From Veleropilina oligotropha (taxonomy: Eukaryota), in the NCBI GenBank assembly GCA_048128005.1, contig JBEUKZ010000018.1, positions 248,001-312,000 of the forward strand: DNA of 64,000 nt, in the 5' to 3' direction. A model generated the notes under the pieces. That model was not told the DNA's origin. It made no database searches and worked only from the letters and a program-made list of their open reading frames with translations. Every line of letters starts with the position of its first letter. Position 1 is the first letter of the stretch. The translations under genes were made by a program, and so were the position numbers. Of the stretch, positions 36,101 to 48,100 are shown piece after piece.

Positions 36101-39100
36101 ATCGATTCACTGCAACAAAAGTTATTTACTTTCGATGCAGGTGGCGCTGTTACAAGCCAACTTTCAACACTGGCCAGAGTTAATCTGGGCACTGCACAGG
36201 TTAACAACTTGGGCACTGCACAGGTTAACAACTTGGGCACTGCTCAGGTTAACAACTTGGGCACTGCTCAGGTTAACAACTTGGGCACTGCTCAGGTTAA
36301 CAACTTGGGCACTGCTCAGGTTAACAACTTGGGCACTGCACAGGTTAACAACTTGGGCACTGCTCAGGTTAACTTCAACAGTGCTCAACTTTCCTTAATA
36401 ATATTAACTAAGTTATAACTTGTCGCGTTTACAATTATTGTTGTAACTAGAACTGACATATTGTTCCGCAAATATACACGCGTTTTTAAGAAATCAGTAT
36501 GTACTGAATATTATTTGACATTTAGAAAATTCGAAGGTTGGGCAGTGCCAACTTATAACTTGGGTATTTTAAAATTGTGCACAACTGCATATGGATATTT
36601 TTGTATAGCCAATTACAACAGGTTAGGAAGCCAGAATGGACATTCTGTCAAGTTCTATATACTAGTACATGTAAAACATTTGACATATATGCATATATTT
36701 CATGATTAAACAGGCATATTATTCACACTTTTTGCTGGGTTGTAAATGTATAAACACAAAAAGTTGGGTAAATAGATTTATTGACAGTTTAGATATTTTC
36801 AGCAGAAATAAATCGACAATGTGTGCAGCAAACGTATGGTCGTAATAGCCATATACCGCTTCTTTACCAAAGCAGTAATTTGGCCGATTGCAATTTACGT
36901 GTATTTTTGAAACAATTATTTATATTTGAATATGAAACGGGTGTCAGAGTTTGTTACTAAATTGCATAACAGATGTGGGATACTACTACCTATAAATTGA
37001 CCAAATTCCATTACAGAAGTGGGTGTTACTTGAAACATCGGATGGACAAGTTGTGAAAGTGACCTGAATTTTTGTTCAATGAGATAAGAGCGCTCAATGT
37101 GAATTGTAGCGGACAGGTGTTTCAAAACCAGCTTATAACAATACTACGCAGTTCCTGCGTCCCAAAAAAGGATCATACATATGAGACTACGTCCATATTA
37201 TTGGAGGAAAGCCTGGTCACATGGAAAACCCACCCTTCCTGGCCAGTTATGGACAACTGTGACTGGTAAGTTGGTAACTGAACAAAATTTTTCTAACCGA
37301 CATTCTATCGCATCCTGATAGACAGAACAGTAATTTAATATAAGCGAGTGAGTTCGGGGTATGCACTCTTACCCACTTGGCTACAAGATTGGTGTTATAT
37401 AACAGGCGGGTTGGTGTTATATAACAGGTGGGTTGGTGTTATATAACAGGTGAGTTGGTGTTCTATAACAGGCAGGTTGGTGTTATATAACAGGTGGGTT
37501 GGTGTTATATAACAGGCAGGTTGGTGTTATATAACAGGCGGGTTGGTGTTATATAACAGGTGGGTTGCTGTTATATAACAGGCAGGTTGGTGTTATATAA
37601 CAGGTGGGTTGGTGTTATATAACAGGTGGGTTCAAATCCTTGACAGAACACCTTGTGTAGGTTTACATGTAATACATTAATTACCGGTCACAGTGTTCAT
37701 ATATGGCCTTTGCGGGGAAGTTTTCGCGGGCATTTTGTTTTGAAATATTACAAGGGGTAACATGAATCCAAGACAGTGTTCTTTCAACCATACATGCTAC
37801 ATGACTGATTTGGACCGATGGGTTTACAAACCTTCGAGTCCTATGGTGTTGTCTCTGATTGCCTCCAGAGTATCGGGTTCATTGACCGATGGTTTACAAA
37901 CCTTCGAGTCCTATGGTGTTGTCTCTGATTGCCTCCAGAGTATCGGGTTCATTGACCGATGGGTTTACAAACCTTCGAGTCCTATGGTGTTGTCTCTGAT
38001 TGCCTCCAGAGTATCGGGTTCATTGACCGATGGGTTTACAAACCTTCGAGTCCTATGGTGTTGTCTCTGATTGCCTCCAGAGTATCGGGTTCATTGACCG
38101 ATGGTTTACAAACCTTCGAGTCCTATGGTGTTGTCTCTGATTGCCTCCAGAGTATCGGGTTCATTGACCGATGGGTTTACAAACCTTCGAGTCCTATGGT
38201 GTTGTCTCTGATTGCCTCCAGAGTATCGGGTTCATTGACCGATGGATTACAAACCTTCGAGTCCTATGGTGTTGTCTCTGATTGCCTCCAGAGTATCGGG
38301 TTCATTGACCGATGGGTTTACATACCTTCGAGTCCTATGGTGTTGTCTCTGATTGCCTCCAGAGTATCGGGTTCATTGACCGATGGTTTACAAACCTTCG
38401 AGTCCTATGGTGTTGTCTCTGATTGCCTCCAGAGTATCGGGTTCATTGACCGATGGGTTTACAAACCTTCGAGTCCTATGGTGTTGTCTCTGATTGCCTC
38501 CAGAGTATCGGGTTCATTGACCGATGGTTTACAAACCTTCGAGTCCTATGGTGTTGTCTCTGATTGCCTCCAGAGTATCGGGTTCATTGACCGATGGGTT
38601 TACAAACCTTCGAGTCCTATGGTGTTGTCTCTGATTGCCTCCAGAGTATCGGGTTCATTGACCGATGGGTTTACCAACCTTCGAGTCCTATGGTGTTGTC
38701 TCTGATTGCCTCCAGAGTATCGGGTTCATTGACCGATGGGTTTACATACCTTCGAGTCCTATGGTGTTGTCTCTGATTGCCTCCAGAGTATCGGGTTCAT
38801 TGACCGATGGGATTACAAACCTGCGAGTCCTATGGTGTTGTCTCTGATTGCCTCCAGAGTATCGGGTTCATTGACCGATGGGTTTACATACCTTCGAGTC
38901 CTATGGTGTTGTCTCTGATTGCCTCCAGAGTATCGGGTTCATTGACCGATGGGTTTACAAACCTTCGAGTCCTATGGTGTTGTCTCTGATTGCCTCCATA
39001 GTATCGGGTTCATTGACCGATGGGTTTACATACCTTCGAGTCCTATGGTGTTGTCTCTGATTGCCTCCAGAGTATCGGGTTCATTGACCGATGGGTTTAC

Positions 39101-42100
39101 AAACCTTCGAGTCCTATGGTGTTGTCTCTGATTGCCTCCAGAGTATCGGGTTCATTGACCGATGGGTTTACAAACCTTCGAGTCCTATGGTGTTGTCTCT
39201 GATTGCCTCCAGAGTATCGGGTTCATTGACCGATGGTTTACAAACCTTCGAGTCCTATGGTGTTGTCTCTGATTGCCTCCAGAGTATCGGGTTCATTGAC
39301 CGATGGTTTACAAACCTTCGAGTCCTATGGTGTTGTCTCTGATTGCCTCCAGAGTATCGGGTTCATTGACCGATGGATTACAAACCTTCGAGTCCTATGG
39401 TGTTGTCTCTGATTGCCTCCAGAGTATCGGGTTCATTGACCGATGGGTTTACATACCTTCGAGTCCTATGGTGTTGTCTCTGATTGCCTCCAGAGTATCG
39501 GGTTCATTGACCGATGGTTTACAAACCTTCGAGTCCTATGGTGTTGTCTCTGATTGCCTCCAGAGTATCGGGTTCATTGACCGATGGGTTTACAAACCTT
39601 CGAGTCCTATGGTGTTGTCTCTGATTGCCTCCAGAGTATCGGGTTCATTGACCGATGGTTTACAAACCTTCGAGTCCTATGGTGTTGTCTCTGATTGCCT
39701 CCAGAGTATCGGGTTCATTGACCGATGGGTTTACAAACCTTCGAGTCCTATGGTGTTGTCTCTGATTGCCTCCAGAGTATCGGGTTCATTGACCGATGGG
39801 TTTACCAAACTTCGAGTCCTATGGTGTTGTCTCTGATTGCCTCCAGAGTATCGGGTTCATTGACCGATGGGTTTACATACCTTCGAGTCCTATGGTGTTG
39901 TCTCTGATTGCCTCCAGAGTATCGGGTTCATTGACCGATGGGTTTACATACCTTCGAGTCCTATGGTGTTGTCTCTGATTGCCTCCAGAGTATCGGGTTC
40001 ATTGACCGATGGGTTTACAAACCTTCGAGTCCTATGGTGTTGTCTCTGATTGCCTCCATAGTATCGGGTTCATTGACCGATGGGTTTACATACCTTCGAG
40101 TCCTATGGTGTTGTCTCTGATTGCCTCCAGAGTATCGGGTTCATTGACCGATGGGTTTACAAACCTTCGAGTCCTATGGTGTTGTCTCTGATTGCCTCCA
40201 GAGTATCGGGTTCATTGACCGATGGGTTTACATACCTTCGAGTCCTATGGTGTTGTCTCTGATTGCCTCCAGAGTATCGGGTTCATTGACCGATGGGTTT
40301 ACAAACCTTCGAGTCCTATGGTGTTGTCTCTGATTGCCTCCAGAGTATCGCGTTCATTGACCGATGGTTTACAAACCTTCGAGTCCTATGGTGTTGTCTC
40401 TGATTGCCTCCAGAGTATCGGGTTCATTGACCGATGGTTTACAAACCTTCGAGTCCTATGGTGTTGTCTCTGATTGCCTCCAGAGTATCGGGTTCATTGA
40501 CCGATGGTTTACAAACCTTCGAGTCCTATGGTGTTGTCTCTGATTGCCTCCAGAGTATCGGGTTCATTGACCGATGGTTTACAAACCTTCGAGTCCTATG
40601 GTGTTGTCTCTGATTGCCTCCAGAGTATCGGGTTCATTGACCGATGGGTTTACAAACCTTCGAGTCCTATGGTGTTGTCTCTGATTGCCTCCAGAGTATC
40701 GGGTTCATTGACCGATGGGTTTACAAACCTTCGAGTCCTATGGTGTTGTCTCTGATTGCCTCCAGAGTATCGGGTTCATTGACCGATGGTTTACAAACCT
40801 TCGAGTCCTATGGTGTTGTCTCTGATTGCCTCCAGAGTATCGGGTTCATTGACCGATGGGTTTACAAACCTTCGAGTCCTATGGTGTTGTCTCTGATTGC
40901 CTCCAGTGTATCGGGTTCATTGACCGATGGTTTACAAACCTTCGAGTCCTATGGTGTTGTCTCTGATTGCCTCCAGAGTATCGGGTTCATTGACCGATGG
41001 TTTTACAAACCTTCAAGTCCTATGGTGTTGTCTCTGATTGCCTCCAGAGTATCGGGTTCATGATCGCTCGGAGACGTTTTAATTCGACCATAAAATCTAA
41101 AAGGTTGGAAAATTGTATCAATGTGACATGTACAATCATCACTAGAATAAGAGCGTCATTCAAAATGTATAAAATGTCTTGTTTACATATACTCTGAGGA
41201 AACATAAAACCTCTAAAACTTTGTAGTTTAATAAAGACAAGTATAATAAATACAACACAGGAATTTAACATTATGCAGGATATCACTGAATATTAGCGAT
41301 ATTACAATTAACAAGTTATTTCAAATCCGATTCATTGTTTTGATTAGAAGTAAGCATATTAATTAATAGCAGCATACACAATAATGTAGATGTAACAAAT
41401 ACATTATTTGACTGTTTGATGACAGAATGTTTCTTCGTTCTACACATCACTAAACCAGGGGTCAAGCCAGGATTTACAGGAAGGAGAAGTCACTTCTCCC
41501 TGTGCCTTGATGAGGGAGAAGTTTCTGATGCGAGGGAGAATTCAGCTATTCAAAATTTTGTACCTATTTTCTTTAACGTTGCATCTGAATAATATTGTAC
41601 ATGGCAAAATAGTCTATAATAACCAAACAAAGATTCAGTGTATTATTAATCTCATTATATTTAGTATCCTTTAATTAACATTAAAATTTTTTGTTTGTAT
41701 ACCTATAATTATTCTCTCACCATGTTATGTTTTACTGTCTTTATCCAAAGCTATATTTGCTTGTATGTAGATTTTGTGCTTAATAAAATTGAATTGAATT
41801 GAATCTAATTACAAATGTATTCTTTACATATAACCTATATATACTTATTATCATTTCATATACAAGTTACTTTAGTTACTAAAAATGTTATTTTATAGAG
41901 TTTAAATATTTAATTCTTCGCGCAAATATCGTTAAAATATTAGCGCGGTATTAAAACGTGAAAGTCGCCATATATGTGCCTCATACGAATAGCACTATAA
42001 CTGGAATATAGCGAAAATGACCGACGATAAGAACGATGTCAAAATGCAGTGATAGGAAACAACGAATGTTTCCGAATACCCATACTCGGCATTGCCCGGA

Positions 42101-45100
42101 AATAGCCAGAGTGTATTGAAGTCACTCACTGCAAGAGCACGAAACAGCCGAAAGCGTAACTATTAAATGACACATGTCGCGATGCCGTGCGTACGTTATG
42201 AGCAATATTAAAAGTATTTAATATGAACATAATTGCGATTTTATAAGTATATTTATTGATTTATCATAGCGTTTATAGGCACGCAACTTTTGCCTCAATT
42301 TCAAGCGAACATCAATGGCGTAATTATCCAGTTTACCGACCACATGACATAGCTAGGGACATTGCATTAATTTGTATGAAGTCAATATTTCAATGGGGGT
42401 CAAATTGCATCCATTGATTAATTATGTGGCACATAATAAAAACCATTGTTAATAAAATAATATATATGTATTAAATTACGCTAACAAATATGCATTTAAC
42501 TAAAAAAGTATGACGTGCTTTGTGAAATAAATGATATCTCCCCTAATCTCGCGTGACCATTCAGTGATAATTTTATCAACGCCATGCGTTCAAGCAGTTT
42601 GGGTCTGTTAAAACCATATGAAATGGATGCACAATATCTCTAAGGTAGATATCATTACAACTTATGACAAAACATATTGAAATTTGTATAATAAACGATT
42701 TTATGACGCTTTAGGAAGATAAATCAAGGTCTCCATTTTCGCTGTCGCTGATCTCTTCAGCTCATCGGTCGGAAAATACGGGCTCTCCATGACACAATTA
42801 AGTCAAACAAGTTAACATTGTGCATAATGAACATAACATCTGGACTGTCTTTCATGGTCCAAGAAAGTAATTGACAAGCCAGTTGACCATCTAAACCCAT
42901 GCTGACACTTTACGACCAAAATTGGAGGGCGACTTCAATTCGCCATCTACAGATGGCAAAGCGACATTTTCGTAACCAGGGCGACAAATTGCTTCACTTC
43001 GCCCTCTCGCACGACCCCTGCTAAACTTCAATTGTGTTACAACAAATTGGCATTTGCTATTTTCTTGTTTATGTTTCATATTTTCTGACATCATTTATGT
43101 CATTTTGGTATCCCTAAGCTGTTGTTCAATTACTTACCGAAAATATCGAAGGATTCGTAAGTAGTCTTCTTGTATTCGGTCGACTGCATGACCCACAAAT
43201 CTGGTCTTCCTGCTTTCTAAGTCTTCTCTACCATTAAAATAGTCATAAAGTGTGCCATCAAATCCTAAAAATAGACAAAATTAGAATAGACAAAATTAAA
43301 ACAAGAAGACAAAGCCATCAATATACATTCACAATACATGTAATTACTATGTATGTTCTTGAAACAATATCGTTGATTTAAATAATAACAAGGGCAATAA
43401 CTCTGTCATTAAACATGACGCCACATTAAAATTATGAAAAGGCACCAGTTAACCAACTACTGAATACACCCACCAAGTTTCGTAATGATAAATCAAGCAC
43501 TGTATGAAATATAGTCGGGAATAACAAAATTTAAGCAAGGGCAATAACTCTGCGAATATTTGACGTCGAAATTAACGAAAAGCACCAGTTCAACAACTGC
43601 TTAATACACCCACCAAATTGCATAAATTATGCTGAGCAGTTTATGAGATACGCTTCGGAAAGGAGAACAGTAACAAATTAACAACAAGGGCAATAACTCG
43701 AAACTAGCAAAAGGCACCAGTTCACCGACTACTTAATATATCCTGCAAGTTTCGTAAAGTTATGTCAAGTGGTGTATGAGCTATGCTGCGGAAAAGAGAA
43801 CATTTTAACAAATTTAGAACAAGGGAAATAACTCTGTTAATGATCGCCTCACAACGTTGAAACTAGCACAAGGCACCAGTTCACTGACCACTGATTACAT
43901 CCAGCAAGTTTCGTAAAGTTATGTCAAGCGGTGTATGAGCTACGCTCTGGAAAAGATAACATTAACAAATTTATAACAAGGGAGATAACTCTGTTAATAA
44001 TAATGACACGACGTTAAAACTAGCAAAAGGCACCAGTTCACCGTGTACTTAATACACCCAGGAAGTTTCGTAAAGTTATGTCGAGCGGTGTATGAGATAT
44101 GCTCCGGAAAAGATAATTTGCATGGACGGACGGTCTGAATTTTAATATCCCCCGCAAAATTTTGCGGGGGATAATTAAAACTGATAATTTTTTTCAAAGT
44201 GTTGTTATTACTACGATCATATTAGTTAAATCAAATTGTCAGTTACGAAATTATTGTCCCTTGCATCATTTGAAGAACGCCCGGATCATCCGGTGAAACT
44301 CACCTGCTCAATCACATGTGACCATTAACTTACCCAATTCTTCGAGTAAACAACTGCAATCATCTACCGTGTGCAGAATTGCAAATCTGGAGAAATACTC
44401 GTACTTGAACACTGGGGAGCCCACAGTACGGACACATATAGTAGACTTTACTATCAGAGATTCACTCAAAAGAAGTCAGATATTTACCCAGGAACATGGC
44501 GTTGATGGTGAGGTCCCGTCGGTTCGCGTCCAGCTGCCAGTCCTTCGTAAATTCCACCTGCGCGTGACGACCGTCGGTCACCACGTCGATCCTCAAGGTC
44601 GTTACTTCAAAATTTTCCTGCACACAAATATAAAACTATTTAAATGCATTTCTCATACATCCTCAGTTAATTTACAATAAAGAGTCAGTTCAATGAAAAT
44701 ATATAGTCCATACATGATAGTAATTAGAGATTGTAACGTACTAAGCAGAAATATTTGTAATTTATTGTCAATTTTCTTAAACTAGTTTCTCCCAAATTGA
44801 TTGACCATTAGGCATAAACTGGTATTATTTATAAGTGTTAAGCTGACTGCATGCAAGCCTTCAGGGGAATACAACACACGCAAAGTGAAAGCCAGGATTT
44901 CATTGACCCAAGATGCTCCAATGGGGTTCGACGGCAAATTATCTCCCCCTTAGGTGGCGCTGAGGTCCATCAGTCCTCATAGTTGTTTACAATAGCAACG
45001 ACATGTCGTCTGCGTGACCCAGATTTTATTAGCTGATTAAGATTTGCATATCAATCAAAACAATCCGTGCAATGCCCCAGTATTGCTGTGTACTTGCGTG

Positions 45101-48100
45101 TTCATCCCGAAGAGGGGGGCATAGATTTCCTCGAAGGTTGGCGGTATGTTTACAATAGAGGATTGCTATTAAACGCGTCGATCCGGCGACGAAAAAATGG
45201 TGGATTCCGGGGAAGTTCGATGTAGTTTGTCATGAACATTTTTGACCGAACGATTACATGGAATTGGAGATGCTTGGTAAGTTTACTGTTAGTTACTTCG
45301 TAAAGAACACGTTTTTTTCAATAAATAAAAACAATATGATTTTCTTATTGATATTTGCTACTTACTATAGAGGAAAAACAAATATTTAGCGAAAATAAAA
45401 CTCAGTGGCAGATACATCGGTTACTCTAGGCCATATAGCCTAAACTTTGACAAAATAGGGATTTCGTTCCATGCGCTTTAATAACAATTTATATTTATTA
45501 ATATGTATATTTATTAAAATACATATATACAAATAAAGATGAATAAATGCAACACAACAATTTTATGTTAATATTTATGATTCATTTATCCTAATATTTA
45601 TAGTCTATTTATTTTATACCAATTTAAATATTTATGATTTTTCAACATAATAATTAATTTTTAATGTTAATTGTCATATCTCAAAATTGAAATATCTATC
45701 AATATTAAATAATAAAAAATATTTTTAATGTAATGCTATATAGATATATTATTTCATGCATTTGAAGATAAATGATTTAATAAAATATTATGCATAAATT
45801 GTAATTAAAGGCATATTGCTGCTACTGTCACATTTAAATATGATTTATGTTTGCAATCATCTACATATTGCATGATCCTAAATATTTTGTATTTAAAATC
45901 CTTTAAGAAAATATATAATTTCATTATTATGTTGTTGTTTTCAGGTGAATGTAGACATCTTAGAGGCGATGCTGTACCATCGGTGTTCAGTTTTGCAACT
46001 GTTTCGTCTGTCAAGAAAAGAAGAAATCCTGCTGATAGAAGTATGGATGATCACGCAGATGTTGATGTACCCGGTATTGGTGCCGTGGAGCTGGTAGAAA
46101 CCACTGCGAGAGCCAACGAGACTTCTATTGCAACACCTTTCAGAGAAAATGGAGTACAGTGCACTATTCTTTCCGACCAATTTTCCATTCATAAATTTAT
46201 GTTTCAACCAGTTGAAATTCAATTTTATACAAGTTCCATTAACTACGATCATTTTATGCTGTTTTATAATGTGCTTGGGCCAGCTGTTGACCACTTAAGG
46301 TACAAATGCAGTTTGCTGACACCGAAAGATCAGCTATTCCTTACTCCAATGAAGCTAAGGCAGGCTAAAGAGGATGTCGAACTGTCAATTCTGTTTGGCA
46401 TTAGTGAATCTGTGGTTAATCAGATTATCAACACATGGATAAACTTCATGTTTTTCCAATTGAAGGAAATCAATACAAGGCCATCCAAGCACGTGGTCCA
46501 GGAGACAATGCCTGAAAATTTTTCCATCAACGCGGGTTATTCTGGATGCCACAGACAGAAATTTCTATTCACAAGCCATCTACCATTCAAGCCCAGAGTG
46601 CAACATTCTCCTCATACAAGAATAAGAACACACTGAAAACAATGATTGGCTGTACTCCACGTGGGGTAATTTCATACGTCAGCTCATCATATGGAGGATC
46701 AACAAGTGATCGTCAGATTTCATTTATATTTATGTATTTGTATTATTATGATTATGTTAAATAAATTTCATTTCATTCATTCATTCATCATTGAGAGAAG
46801 TGCGCTGTGCAAAAATAATGAACACTTTTTTGAAAAGGACAGTATTATGGCAGACCGTGGCATCATGGTGCAAGATTTATTTGCAACGAAACATGTCTTG
46901 GTGAATACACCTACCATGCTCAAGCGGAAGTCACAGCTGGAACCAGAAGAAGTTGTTTGTGATAGAAGAATTGCTTCAAAGCGTATTCACATTGAAAGGG
47001 AGATTGTCCTCGGTAAAACCTTCAAAATTTTGAAAAAGGACTTGCCACATTCAAAAGTTCCGATGGGAGGGAGAATTAAATTTATTTGTTTTAGCATTAA
47101 CAATTTCAGACATTCCATTGTTGGACCACTGGCATGATTTTGAACATCTGTTCATGTTTAAGGTTGGATCAATGACGAACTTTCTACAGTATTCTAATCA
47201 CCCTTTGTGATTATACCAGGACTTGTACTTATTATCGCGGGAAGTCAGGAGCGCCTGGTTGCCAGGGAAAACTGCCTTCACTGGTCAGTTACAGACAACT
47301 CGGACGCCTGTTAATTGAATGAAATCCCATGCAGTCGAAGACTCCAACCCACTCCTTTGTATATTATATATTATATTATACATATAATAGATCTAATTAA
47401 GTTGCTTGCTTCATTATGTGAAGTGATGGCATGCCACTATTACTTGTAAATTTGCTTGATTTTACAAGTCTTACAGTTATGGATAACTGTGACTGTTAAG
47501 TGGGCCAAAGATTCAAATCCAATCGTGTGAATCAGTGCAGCTAGTTGAGTGAACTGGGAGCCACGTACGATATCAATTACATGAACCACGTACGATATCA
47601 ATTACATGTACACGGATTGGGAGCCACGTACGATATCAATTACACGTACACGAATTGGGAGCCACGTACGATATCAATTACACGTACACGGATTGGGAGC
47701 CACGTACGATATCAATTACATGAACCACGTACGATATCAATTACATGTACACGGATTGGGAGCCACGTACGATATCAATTACATGTACACGGATTGGGAG
47801 CCACGTACGATATCAATTACACGTACACGAATTGGGAGCCACGTACGATATCAATTACACGGATTGGGAGCCACGTACGATATCAATTACATGAACCACG
47901 TACGATATCAATTACATGTACACGGATTGGGAGCCACGTACGATATCAATTACACGTACACGGATTGGGAGCAACGTACGATATCAATTACATGTACACG
48001 GATTGGGAGCAACGTACGATATCAATTACACGTACACGGATTGGGAGCCACGTATGATATCAATTACACGTACACGGATTGGGAGCCACGTACGATATCA

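Noticed and set aside
37812..41060. CRISPR-like array
   Set aside because: Units are head-to-tail identical with no unique spacers, there are no cas genes, and the context is a eukaryotic intron. The same applies to the 32-, 38- and 71-bp arrays elsewhere.
37762..41197. Series of 60-248-aa plus-strand ORFs
   Set aside because: Antisense translations of the tandem array.
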